Assembly: GCA_040902265.1 (NCBI GenBank)
Contig: JBBDXQ010000013.1
Span: forward strand, 1 to 49,307
DNA length: 49,307 nt
Direction of reading: 5' to 3'
Origin: Anaerolineales bacterium
GTDB lineage: Bacteria; Chloroflexota; Anaerolineae; Anaerolineales; UBA11579
Made by a program: the position numbers and the translations under genes. A model generated the notes under the pieces. It saw only the letters and a list, made by a program, of their open reading frames with translations. It was not told the DNA's origin and searched no databases. This document shows positions 1-9,246 of this stretch, one piece after another (the stretch's first letter is position 1; the number at the start of each line of letters is the position of its first letter).

Positions 1-98
1 TGCAGGGGTTCCATTTCTTCGGGACGTCGAAGAAAACCATTTGCCTGCCAAGCTGCCAATTCCCTTGCTAGCTTTCCTATGTGAAAGGTATTTTGAAA

Positions 99-107
99 TG
101 GTAAAAT
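99..107 (+). promoter_or_regulatory. candidate extended -10 promoter element upstream of mreB
   Basis: TGGTAAAAT (TGn + TAAAAT) lies in the AT-rich leader about 120 nt upstream of the mreB GTG. There is no convincing -35. This is a motif match only. Confidence 0.25.
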
Positions 108-226
108 CACGTGTTTACGACTTAGACACATGCTTTCTTCACCCAAAGGTCCACGCAAAAAATAAAAACCTATGAAGTCTAACCATCTCACTAACTCTGC
201 ACCCCTAAGCCCAGGCAGGAGCCCGC

Positions 227-1273
227 GTGGCATTTAATCCCCTCAACTGGATCCTGGGATTCTTCTCCCTGGACATTGGCATCGACCTGGGTACCGCAAA
301 CACATTGGTCTTCGTGCGCGGCAAAGGCATTGTGATCAACGAGCCCTCCTGGGTGGTCGTGGATAAGAAAACCCGCCGCCCGATCGCCGTGGGCCGCAAA
401 GCCAAGGAAATGGCCGGCCGCACACCTAAGAACGTCCTGGCTGTCCGCCCCCTGCGAGATGGCGTGATCTCTGAGTTTGAGATCACAGAAGAAATGCTGG
501 CTTATTTCATCGGCAAGGCGCATGAGCAGAGCATCGTGCCCCTGCCCCGGCCACGAGTAGTGATCGGTGTGCCTACCGGAGTCACCGAAGTGGAGAAACG
601 CGCGGTCAACGACGCCGCCTTGCTTGCCGGCGCACGCGCCGTGTATCTGATCGAAGAACCTACCGCATCCGCGCTGGCCGTGGGCTTGCCCGTCGACAAA
701 GTCGGCGGCACAGTGATCATCGATATCGGTGGTGGCACCTCCGAGGTGACTGTGTTTTCCATGGGCGGTGTGGTGACCTCAAAATCCCTGCGTATGGCTG
801 GAGACGAAATGGACCTGGCCGTGCTGCAATACATCCGCAATAAATACAATATCCTCATCGGCGAGCGGGCAGCCGAACAGGTGAAGATCAAGATCGGCTC
901 TGCCTATCCGCTCAAAGAAGAAAAGACCATGATGGTACGTGGCCGTAACCTGGTGAGTGGCCTGCCAGAAACTCTGGAGATCTCTTCCATCGAGATCCGC
1001 GACGCCTTATCCTCAGCTGTGGACAGTATCGTTCAATCCTTCAAGGAAACCATTGATGAGATCCCTGCCGAAATGCTCGGCGATGTCATGGACAATGGCA
1101 TCTGCATGAGCGGTGGCGGGTCGATGTTGCAAGGCCTGGATGAGCGCTTTAGCGAGGAACTCCATATTCGATGCTGGGTAGCTGACGATGCGTTGACCTG
1201 TGTGGCGCGCGGGGCGGGCCTGGTCCTGGAGGATATTGAAGCCTACCGGCACCTACTACTTCAACTGGATTAA
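227..1273 (+). CDS. mreB: rod shape-determining actin-like protein MreB
   Basis: 348-aa ORF with actin/Hsp70-fold motifs DIGIDLGTANTLV and IIDIGGGTSEV. AGGAG precedes the GTG start. mreC and mreD follow. Confidence 0.95.
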   Translation: MAFNPLNWILGFFSLDIGIDLGTANTLVFVRGKGIVINEPSWVVVDKKTRRPIAVGRKAKEMAGRTPKNVLAVRPLRDGVISEFEITEEMLAYFIGKAHEQSIVPLPRPRVVIGVPTGVTEVEKRAVNDAALLAGARAVYLIEEPTASALAVGLPVDKVGGTVIIDIGGGTSEVTVFSMGGVVTSKSLRMAGDEMDLAVLQYIRNKYNILIGERAAEQVKIKIGSAYPLKEEKTMMVRGRNLVSGLPETLEISSIEIRDALSSAVDSIVQSFKETIDEIPAEMLGDVMDNGICMSGGGSMLQGLDERFSEELHIRCWVADDALTCVARGAGLVLEDIEAYRHLLLQLD

Positions 1274-1322
1274 AACCCGCAGTCCCAACCTGGGCAGGTT
1301 ATCATCCTGCCGATAATCATCC

Positions 1323-2162
1323 ATGCGCTTTTCCAAAAATAATCCTGTTCAGCTCGTAACTTTGATCCTACTGGCAGCCGGGCTATTGGTCCTGGCGCTT
1401 GGCGGCTACCTTAGCCCGATCCTGAATAGCGCCATGCAGCCGATCATCGGCGTGCAGACCTTTCTCTATGATCGCTTCCAGGCCATTCAGGATTTCATTA
1501 ACGCCCCGGCTGACATAACCCGCCTGCGCCAGGAAAACGCCGAGCTGCGTTCGGAGAATGCCACCCTGCAGACTCAGATCATCGCCTTACAGCAGCAGGT
1601 TAGCGAGATCGAGCTTCTTTCAGCCCTGCTGGATTTCGCCAGGGCGCGACCCGAGAACGCCTACCAGGCGGCTGGCGTGGTCGGCCGAGACCCCAGCCCC
1701 TTCCTGCACTATGTCATCATCAACCGCGGCTCTGATGATGGCATCCGCCGCGGCATGCCGGTGGTGGGACAAGAGGGCCTGGTGGGCCGGGTAGCCCAGG
1801 TAACCGCCAAGGCAGCTCGTGTGGAACTGATCACCGACCCGGCCGCCCAGGTGAGCATTCGTTTACAACCCTCCGACGTCGACGGGGTATTAACCGGCAG
1901 CATCACCGGTGACCTGAGCATTGACCTGCTCCCCCAGGATGCAGTCTTACAGGCTGGCGACCTGGTGTTCACTTCAGGGATTGGCGGCTTGTACCCCATC
2001 AACATCCTGGTGGGCCAGGTGAGCAGCGTGCGCCAGGAAGCCCAGGCCTTATTCCAAACAGCTACAGTGCAACCCGTGGTGGATTTCACCCGTCTGGAGA
2101 TCGTCCTGGTGATCGTAAACTTCCAACCGGTGGACTTGACCCCCTTGTTGATCAACCCATAG
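1323..2162 (+). CDS. mreC: rod shape-determining protein MreC
   Basis: 279 aa with an N-terminal TM helix, a coiled coil (LRQENAELRSENATLQTQIIALQQQ) and a C-terminal MreC-type domain (GMPVVGQEGLVGRV). It lies between mreB and mreD. Confidence 0.85.
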   Translation: MRFSKNNPVQLVTLILLAAGLLVLALGGYLSPILNSAMQPIIGVQTFLYDRFQAIQDFINAPADITRLRQENAELRSENATLQTQIIALQQQVSEIELLSALLDFARARPENAYQAAGVVGRDPSPFLHYVIINRGSDDGIRRGMPVVGQEGLVGRVAQVTAKAARVELITDPAAQVSIRLQPSDVDGVLTGSITGDLSIDLLPQDAVLQAGDLVFTSGIGGLYPINILVGQVSSVRQEAQALFQTATVQPVVDFTRLEIVLVIVNFQPVDLTPLLINP

Positions 2163-2174
2163 GCGGTTGATACT

Positions 2175-2675
2175 TTGCGCATCCTGCTCGGAATCGTTTT
2201 TCTGTTTGGCGCTGCACTCTTGCAGATCACGCTGGTAACTCGTATCAGCCTGTTGCAAGGGGTTAGTGATCTGGTGCTACTGACGCTGATCTGCTGGATG
2301 CTGCAACCCGGCAATAAGCCAGACTGGCGCTGGGGAATACCAGCCGGGCTTATGTTGGGCTACGCCAGTGCCCTCCCCGATTGGATATTATGGGTCGGCT
2401 ATATTGGCGCGGCCGGCATTTGCCAGGTGCTCCGCCGTCGCATCTGGCAAGGGCAATTGCTCACATTGCTTTCGATCACTTTACTGGGAACTCTGGGTAT
2501 CCATCTGGTCACGTTAATATATTTATTTGCTAGCGCCCATCCCATAGACACTATCGAGCCACTGAATTTGATAACCATTCCCAGTATGCTGCTGAACCTC
2601 ATCTTTGTCTTACCTGTATATGCAATAATTAGCGAGGTCACCAAGCTAATTAGCCCAGTAGAGCAACCTGTATGA
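2175..2675 (+). CDS. mreD: rod shape-determining protein MreD (polytopic membrane protein)
   Basis: 166 aa and very hydrophobic (about 5 TM). TTG start. Follows mreC and overlaps mrdA by 4 nt. The call rests mostly on synteny. Confidence 0.7.
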   Translation: MRILLGIVFLFGAALLQITLVTRISLLQGVSDLVLLTLICWMLQPGNKPDWRWGIPAGLMLGYASALPDWILWVGYIGAAGICQVLRRRIWQGQLLTLLSITLLGTLGIHLVTLIYLFASAHPIDTIEPLNLITIPSMLLNLIFVLPVYAIISEVTKLISPVEQPV

Positions 2676-4747
2676 GCGCAATTGCAGAAAAAAGCACAAA
2701 ACCAACCCTGGAAGCCTGGCGTTTGTACGCGTTCCTGGCGGCCATTGGCTTTGCTCTTTTGATCTTTATTGCACGCCTTTTCTATCTTCAGGTGCTGGAG
2801 CACGAGAATTGGCTGCGGCAGGCGAACGAAAATCGCACTGAAACCATCAGCCTGGCGCCCCAGCGCGGCGTGATCTATGATCGCAATGGCATCGTACTGG
2901 CGCAAAACGTGGCGTCCTACAACATCATCATCACCCCCGCCCTCCTTCCGGATGATGCGGGTGAGATCGAGCTGATCATTATCGAATTAGGCAAACTTAC
3001 TGGCGTTCCGGTTACCCTGGGTTCTATCGAAGAACCGCTGATCCCCTGCGGGGATAACTTGGGGATCCGTGAGATGGTAGCGATCCAGACTTCGTTCTCA
3101 CCATACGATCCAGTTCAGATCCAATGCAATGTTTCCCGCGAGATGGCTTTGGCAGTCAAAGAGAAATCGGTAGACTGGCAGGGTGTGGATGTGCAGATCG
3201 AGCCAGTCCGCGACTACCCCACCGGGGAATTGACTGCTACGTTTTTGGGATACCTGGGGCCAATACCTGCCATCCAGGAAGCTGACTTGCGCTCCTTGGG
3301 ATTTGTACCCAATCGCGACAAAGTGGGCTACGGCGGACTTGAGCTGTATTTCGATGAGTTGCTACGCGGGGTTCCCGGCCAAAGAGTGGTGGAGACAGAT
3401 GTAGGCGGCCAGATCTTGCGCGACCTTGAAGCACCGATCGACCCGCAACCAGGCCAAAACCTGGTGCTGACAATTGATACCCGCTTGCAGCAAGCAGCAA
3501 GTTTCATCCTTAAGAACGACATCGTCCTTTGGAATAACTTCATTGGACGCATAGATATGACCAGCGGAGTGGTAATCGCCATGAACCCGCGTACGGGAGA
3601 GATCCTGGCCATGGTGTCCTGGCCCACCTATGAGAATAACCGTTTCGCCAGGTTTATCCCTGCTTACTATTATGAACAATTAGTTGCCGACGCCACCCAC
3701 CCCTTGGTAAATACTGCCGTCGGCGCGGAGATACCGGTCGGCTCGGTATTCAAATTAACCACTGCTGTGGGAATTTTGAACGAAGGGGTCGTGACTCCCG
3801 AGCAGATCATTCAAACCCCGGCTCTGATCACGGTCACAGAACGGTTCTTTGAGGGCCAGACCGGTCTTACCCGCGAATTTGTGGACTGGAACGATGCCGG
3901 CTTTGGCCAGTTGAATTTCGTCGGCGGTTTAGCAAATTCCAGTAATGTCTATTTCTACAAGGTCGGCGGCGGATTCCAGGAAGAGGTCCCCGAAGGCCTG
4001 GGCATTTGCCGCCTTGGCACCTATGCAAGAGCCTTAGGCTACGGTGAGCCCTTGGGTATTGAACAACCCTACGAAACGGATGGCCTGGTGCCAGACCCCA
4101 CCTGGAAGCGGCGTACCCAGGGCGAAAATTGGTCCACCGGCGACACCTATATCACCAGCGTCGGGCAGGGCTTCGTTTTGGCTTCCCCATTGCAGATCCT
4201 TATATCAGCCGCCACGATCGCCAATGACGGAGTGCAGATGCGCCCCACCCTGGTTCGCGAGATCGTGGATGGGAATGGGAACGTCGTACGCGAGTTCGAA
4301 CCAGAAGTTCGCTGGGATATAACCACCGATCCTTTGATCGAGAAATACGAGAACCCGGCTGGTATCGGTGCGTGCCGCCCTACTGGCGAGGTGGTCACCG
4401 TGCAGCCCTGGGTCGTTGAGATGGTGCAACAAGGCATGCGCGGGGCAGTGCAATTCGGCACTCTGGCGGATGAATTTGAGAATGTAGAAATCGCTGTTGC
4501 TGGCAAGACAGGTACGGCTGAATATTGCGATGAAACGGCTTTCGCAAAGAATCTATGCCAGTATGGAAACTGGCCCAGTCATGCCTGGACGCTAGCCTAC
4601 GCACCCTATGACGATCCCGAGATCGCGGTAATCGCCTTCGTCTATAACGGCAAAGAAGGAGCTACTGTGGCCGCACCCATCGTGCGCCAGGTGATCGAAG
4701 CCTACTTTAGCATTAAGCAGATCGATACTGAGCTGGGGGGCAACTAA
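2672..4747 (+). CDS. mrdA: penicillin-binding protein 2 (elongasome transpeptidase)
   Basis: 691 aa with an N-terminal TM anchor and a PBP dimerisation region. Transpeptidase motifs are GSVFK (SxxK), SSN and KTGT. Confidence 0.9.
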   Translation: MSAIAEKSTKPTLEAWRLYAFLAAIGFALLIFIARLFYLQVLEHENWLRQANENRTETISLAPQRGVIYDRNGIVLAQNVASYNIIITPALLPDDAGEIELIIIELGKLTGVPVTLGSIEEPLIPCGDNLGIREMVAIQTSFSPYDPVQIQCNVSREMALAVKEKSVDWQGVDVQIEPVRDYPTGELTATFLGYLGPIPAIQEADLRSLGFVPNRDKVGYGGLELYFDELLRGVPGQRVVETDVGGQILRDLEAPIDPQPGQNLVLTIDTRLQQAASFILKNDIVLWNNFIGRIDMTSGVVIAMNPRTGEILAMVSWPTYENNRFARFIPAYYYEQLVADATHPLVNTAVGAEIPVGSVFKLTTAVGILNEGVVTPEQIIQTPALITVTERFFEGQTGLTREFVDWNDAGFGQLNFVGGLANSSNVYFYKVGGGFQEEVPEGLGICRLGTYARALGYGEPLGIEQPYETDGLVPDPTWKRRTQGENWSTGDTYITSVGQGFVLASPLQILISAATIANDGVQMRPTLVREIVDGNGNVVREFEPEVRWDITTDPLIEKYENPAGIGACRPTGEVVTVQPWVVEMVQQGMRGAVQFGTLADEFENVEIAVAGKTGTAEYCDETAFAKNLCQYGNWPSHAWTLAYAPYDDPEIAVIAFVYNGKEGATVAAPIVRQVIEAYFSIKQIDTELGGN

Positions 4748-4786
4748 CGTTCAGCCATGTTTTATTCCACGGCTAACTAGCCCGGA

Positions 4787-4795
4787 TGCTATAAT
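4787..4795 (+). promoter_or_regulatory. candidate extended -10 promoter (TGcTATAAT) immediately upstream of minC
   Basis: A perfect TGnTATAAT is followed 6 nt later by the minC ATG (4802). No SD sequence fits in between. Confidence 0.35.
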
Positions 4796-4801
4796 TTTTT
4801 G

Positions 4802-5506
4802 ATGCTTCCTGAGGTTCAAATCAAGGGGATCCGCGAGGGTTTGCTTGTCTCGGTTGGGGACGGCGAATGGATCGTTGCCGAGCAATCCTTGCTTGGAGAA
4901 CTTGGCCGCCAGAAAGATTTTCTCAAGGGCGCCAGACTTATCCTGGATGTGGACCAGCACGAAATCAATGCAGCATCGATGGGCAGGCTGCGCGACCAGA
5001 TATCTGAACAAGGGCTGTCGTTATGGGCAGTGCTGAGCCGTTCGCCTCTCACCGAACGCAGCGCCCAGGCTATGGGTTTGGCCACACGTATCCATCAATC
5101 CGAGCCTGAGCCTGAAGAAAAGGGTGAAGAAGATGAAACCCCTAGTTCTTTAACAGAAGCAAATGCACTCTTGCTAAGGAAAACAATGCGGTCCGGCGCC
5201 AGCCTGAGCCACCCAGGGCACGTGACCCTGATCGGGGATGTGAACCCGGGAGCCCAGATCATCGCCAGTGGCGATGTGGTAGTGTGGGGCCGCCTGCGTG
5301 GCCTGGTGCATGCGGGTGCTGAAGGTGATGATCGCGCCGTAGTGTGCGCTTTGGACCTTTCGCCCACCCAATTGCGTATTGCCGGGCACATCGCCATCCC
5401 CCCCCAGGAGCGCGGCGAAAAAACCCCAGAGATCGCCTATGTCAAAGACGGCGAAGTCGTGGCAGAAGAGTGGAACATAGGCAGAAACAAGGATGAACAA
5501 AAGTAA
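4802..5506 (+). CDS. minC: septum site-determining protein MinC
   Basis: Has the MinC C-terminal beta-helix signature (GDVNPGAQIIASGDVVVWGRLRGLVHAG) and is followed by minD and minE. The ORF track starts at TTG 4799. ATG 4802 is preferred here. Confidence 0.85.
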   Translation: MLPEVQIKGIREGLLVSVGDGEWIVAEQSLLGELGRQKDFLKGARLILDVDQHEINAASMGRLRDQISEQGLSLWAVLSRSPLTERSAQAMGLATRIHQSEPEPEEKGEEDETPSSLTEANALLLRKTMRSGASLSHPGHVTLIGDVNPGAQIIASGDVVVWGRLRGLVHAGAEGDDRAVVCALDLSPTQLRIAGHIAIPPQERGEKTPEIAYVKDGEVVAEEWNIGRNKDEQK

Positions 5507-5509
5507 CTT

Positions 5510-6310
5510 ATGGCACGCGTAATCACAGTCACTTCAGGTAAAGGCGGCGTAGGCAAGACTACCGCCACGGCTAACATTGGAGCAGCCCTGGCTGCCCTGG
5601 GAAACAAGGTAGTCTGCATCGACGCGGATATTGGTTTACGTAACCTGGACGTGGTGCTCGGCCTGGAAAACCGCATCGTATACGACCTGGTGGATGTTGT
5701 CGAGGGGCGTTGCAAACTGCGCCAGGCAATGATCCGCGATAAACGCCTTGAGGAGTTGTACCTGGTTCCTGCGGCGCAAACCCGCGACAAAAGCGCCGTC
5801 TCACCAAAAGATATGAAGAAGGTGTGCGACGAGCTCGGCAAGGATTTCGACTTTGTCATCATCGACTCACCGGCGGGGATCGAACGCGGTTTCAAGAATG
5901 CCATTGCGCCGGCCGACGAGATTATTATCGTCACCAATCCCGAGGTTTCTGCGGTTCGGGATGCAGACCGCATCATCGGAATCGTGGAAGCTGAACAGAA
6001 GGGCCCAGCCAAGCTGGTAGTTAACCGCATCAATCACGACATGGTAAGTCGCGGAGATATGCTGGCAGTTGCGGATGTACTCGAATTGCTGGCCGTGGAG
6101 CTGATCGGCATCGTACCGGAGGACCAGGCGGTGTTGGTGAGCACCAATCGCGGAGCGCCGATCTCCCTGGAAGCCAAGAGCAAAACAGGCCAGGCCTTTC
6201 GCGATATTGCCAGGCGGATCATGGGTGAGCAGGTCGCCTTCACTTCTGCTAATGGAGGCGGAGGCTTTATCGGCCGCCTGTCGAAGCTCATTCGCTCGGG
6301 TGGAGACTAG
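5510..6310 (+). CDS. minD: septum site-determining ATPase MinD
   Basis: 266 aa with the deviant Walker A SGKGGVGKTT and a C-terminal amphipathic membrane-targeting helix (FIGRLSKLIR). Confidence 0.95.
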   Translation: MARVITVTSGKGGVGKTTATANIGAALAALGNKVVCIDADIGLRNLDVVLGLENRIVYDLVDVVEGRCKLRQAMIRDKRLEELYLVPAAQTRDKSAVSPKDMKKVCDELGKDFDFVIIDSPAGIERGFKNAIAPADEIIIVTNPEVSAVRDADRIIGIVEAEQKGPAKLVVNRINHDMVSRGDMLAVADVLELLAVELIGIVPEDQAVLVSTNRGAPISLEAKSKTGQAFRDIARRIMGEQVAFTSANGGGGFIGRLSKLIRSGGD

Positions 6311-6312
6311 CT

Positions 6313-6582
6313 ATGCGAAACCTTGCCAGACTATTCAATTACAAAGGCAGTGCCAATACAGCCAAAGAGCGTTTGCGCCTGGTGCTGATCCACGACCGCA
6401 GCACCCTGCCCCCGGGCGCGATGGAAGAATTGCGCGATGAGTTAATCGAAGTTATTTCGCGGCATGTGGACGTTGAGCGCAGCTCGGTGCGCCTGGAGAT
6501 CGCCCAGGATGGGCGAACCCAGCGGCTTTTAGCCGATATTCCGCTGAAGCGCGCTGATCAGCGTCTACCCGAAGAATACTAA
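6313..6582 (+). CDS. minE: cell division topological specificity factor MinE
   Basis: 89 aa, placed directly after minD. Typical MinE size and N-terminal segment. Confidence 0.9.
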   Translation: MRNLARLFNYKGSANTAKERLRLVLIHDRSTLPPGAMEELRDELIEVISRHVDVERSSVRLEIAQDGRTQRLLADIPLKRADQRLPEEY

Positions 6583-6620
6583 TACCCCGCCCGCAATCCA
6601 AGGCGGAATAGGGAACTCAC

Positions 6621-7727
6621 TTGAGAACTGCTATTTGGCGTCATTTTGATTTTTGGCTGCTTGGGGCGGTAGCCGTGCTGGTCACTTTTGGCCTGGCCAT
6701 GATCAGCTCCTCTATCGCGGGTAACGCCGAGTTGGTTGAGCTGGATATTGTCGGCCGCCAGATCACCTACGGGTTAGTGGGCTTTGTCGTCATCATTATC
6801 GCCGCTTCCATGGATTACCGGCTGTGGATCTCAATTAATCGGGTCCTGTATGTGATCCTAGCTGTGCTGCTTTTTGTGATCTTCTTGATCGGCGAAGCCA
6901 GCTTTGGCGCAACCCGCTGGCTGAATATCGGCTTGTTGATCTTCCAGCCATCCGAATTGGCCAAGATAACCATGATCATCATCCTGGCAGACTATTTTGC
7001 GCGCAATCGAGATGCCCCTAAAGACCTGAAATGGATCTCCCGCAGCGTAGTGTTGACGTTGGGCTTGGTTGTTCTGATCATGATCCAACCCAACTTAAGC
7101 ACCTCGATCGTGCTAATGACCGTTTGGTTTGCGTTGTTGTGGATCAGCGGATTGCAATTGAAGCACCTGGTTGTGTTCGTTTTTGGAGCGCTGCTGGTCG
7201 CGGGTGTCACCTTTCCCTTGCTGCAGCCCTACCAGCAACAACGCGTGCTCAATTTTGTGGCACCAGACCCGGACGCAGCTCTATCTGAAAATTACAACGT
7301 AACGCAATCGCTGATCAGCATCGGTTCAGGCGGCCTGCTGGGCCAGGGATATGGGCAAAGTACGCAGGTGCAATTGCGCTTCCTAAAAGTGCGTCACAAC
7401 GACTTTATCTTTTCCGCCATTTCCGCAGAGTTCGGGATGGTAGGTGGCCTGGTGGTGCTCGGCTTAATATTCTTTGTGATCTGGCGTTGTGTGCGCGCCG
7501 CTCAACTTTCGCAAGACACCTTTGGCTCCTTGATCGCCTACGGGGTGGCCGTTATCATTGCCCTGCATACCATTGTGAATGTGGGCATGAATATTTCGGT
7601 GTTACCTGTTACCGGCTTGCCTTTGCCATTCATTAGCGCAGGCGGATCTTCGCTGCTTACGTTTATGTTCGGCATTGGCCTAGTGGAAAGTGTAGTGGCG
7701 CGCCATCGCGCCTTGAACTTCTCCTAG
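6621..7727 (+). CDS. rodA: SEDS-family peptidoglycan glycosyltransferase RodA
   Basis: 368 aa with about 10 TM. FtsW/RodA/SpoVE motifs are PSELAKI, GSGGLLGQGYG, HNDFIFSAI and PLPFISAGGSS. It lies in the mre/min block. TTG start. Confidence 0.9.
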   Translation: MRTAIWRHFDFWLLGAVAVLVTFGLAMISSSIAGNAELVELDIVGRQITYGLVGFVVIIIAASMDYRLWISINRVLYVILAVLLFVIFLIGEASFGATRWLNIGLLIFQPSELAKITMIIILADYFARNRDAPKDLKWISRSVVLTLGLVVLIMIQPNLSTSIVLMTVWFALLWISGLQLKHLVVFVFGALLVAGVTFPLLQPYQQQRVLNFVAPDPDAALSENYNVTQSLISIGSGGLLGQGYGQSTQVQLRFLKVRHNDFIFSAISAEFGMVGGLVVLGLIFFVIWRCVRAAQLSQDTFGSLIAYGVAVIIALHTIVNVGMNISVLPVTGLPLPFISAGGSSLLTFMFGIGLVESVVARHRALNFS

Positions 7728-7729
7728 CC

Positions 7730-9220
7730 ATGAGCGCCAAGAGCCCACGGGTGCGCTTTGCCCCCTCCCCTACCGGACTTACCCACCTGGGCAGCGCGCG
7801 CACCGCATTGTATAACTATTTGATAGCGCAGCAGAACAAAGGGGTGTTTATCCTGCGCATAGAAGACACAGATCAAAAACGCTACGACCCCCAGGCAGAG
7901 CAAGACTTGATCGCCAGCCTGAAATGGCTGGAATTGGCTTGGAAAGAAGGTCCCGATGTAGGTGGGCCGCATGCCCCGTATTACCAATCCAAGCGCATGG
8001 ATATTTACCGCAAACATGCTGAAGAATTAGTAAGCAAGGGCAAGGCCTACTATTGTTTCTGCAGCACAGAGGAATTGGACCGGGTGCGCAAGGAACAGCA
8101 AGCCAATAAACAGCCCCCGCACTATTCAGGGCGCTGCCGCGACCTGCCACCTGAGGAAGCTCGTCAGCGTGTTGCTGCCGGCGAAAGCTGTGTGATCCGT
8201 TTCAAGGCGCCAAAGGGCGGTTCCATAACGGTATTAGACAAACTGCGTGGTGAGATCACGGTCGAGAACCGCAGCATTGACGACCGGGTCTTGCTCAAAT
8301 CCGACGGGCATGCTGTTTACCACCTGGCCGCCATGGTGGATGACCACCTGATGGGGATCACCCATGTGCTGCGCGGCGAAGAATGGCTGCCCAGCTTGCC
8401 CTTGCATGCCCATATTTACGAAGCCTTTGGTTGGGAGCAGCCGGTGTGGGTGCATTTGTCGGTTTTCCTTAAGCCCAGCGGCAAAGGAAAGATGAGCAAG
8501 CGTGATACCGAGCAGATGCGACTGACCGGCCAATCCATATTCGTCAAGGACCTGGTGGACCTGGGTTATTTGCCTGAAGGGGTGGTCAATTGGATCGCAC
8601 TGATGGGTTGGAGTTACGACGATCACACCGAATTCTTCACGATGCCAGACCTGATCGAGAAGTTCGACCTGGAAAAAATGAACCCTTCACCAGCTGCCAT
8701 CGATTTTAAGAAGCTGGATCATTTTAATGCGCTGCACATCCGAGCCATGCCTGAAAAAGAACTGGCAAAACGGTTGCTGCCTTACTTCGAGAAAGCCGGA
8801 ATCAAGCTGGACGCTGGAATGCTGGCGCCTGTTATCCCGATCATCCAAACCCGGATGACCACCCTGGACGAAGGGCCTGAGCTGGCTGGTTTCTTTTTTC
8901 GTGAAGGGATCAGCCCGCCAGTGGAGATGCTGATCGGCAAGGGGATGACCACCGCTGCGTCTGCGGCGGCCTTGCGCAAGGCGCTTGGCATCCTGGAAGT
9001 GCTCCCGGAGTTCAATGCCGCCAGCGCCGAGGAGCCTATGCGGGCCGTGGCGGATGAGCTTGGGTTGAAGGCTGGCCAGCTATTCGGGATCTTACGCAAT
9101 GTGATCACCGGGCAGGAGATCAGCCCGCCGCTCTTCGAGAGCATGGAGATCGTAGGACGCGTAACGGTGATGGCGAGAATACAATCCGCCATCACCGCGT
9201 TGGACCAATTAGCTGATTAA
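7730..9220 (+). CDS. gltX: glutamate--tRNA ligase
   Basis: 496 aa. Class I signature (SPTGLTHLGSART, HIGH-type) and KMSKR (GKGKMSKRD). Overall GluRS-like N-terminal sequence. Confidence 0.95.
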   Translation: MSAKSPRVRFAPSPTGLTHLGSARTALYNYLIAQQNKGVFILRIEDTDQKRYDPQAEQDLIASLKWLELAWKEGPDVGGPHAPYYQSKRMDIYRKHAEELVSKGKAYYCFCSTEELDRVRKEQQANKQPPHYSGRCRDLPPEEARQRVAAGESCVIRFKAPKGGSITVLDKLRGEITVENRSIDDRVLLKSDGHAVYHLAAMVDDHLMGITHVLRGEEWLPSLPLHAHIYEAFGWEQPVWVHLSVFLKPSGKGKMSKRDTEQMRLTGQSIFVKDLVDLGYLPEGVVNWIALMGWSYDDHTEFFTMPDLIEKFDLEKMNPSPAAIDFKKLDHFNALHIRAMPEKELAKRLLPYFEKAGIKLDAGMLAPVIPIIQTRMTTLDEGPELAGFFFREGISPPVEMLIGKGMTTAASAAALRKALGILEVLPEFNAASAEEPMRAVADELGLKAGQLFGILRNVITGQEISPPLFESMEIVGRVTVMARIQSAITALDQLAD

Positions 9221-9246
9221 ATCCCAGCCATTGAAAACTGTTGTTA

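Noticed and set aside
1-98. A partial gene at the left window edge.
   Set aside because: There is no ORF in the track, and I could not support a coding call from about 100 nt. It is left unannotated.
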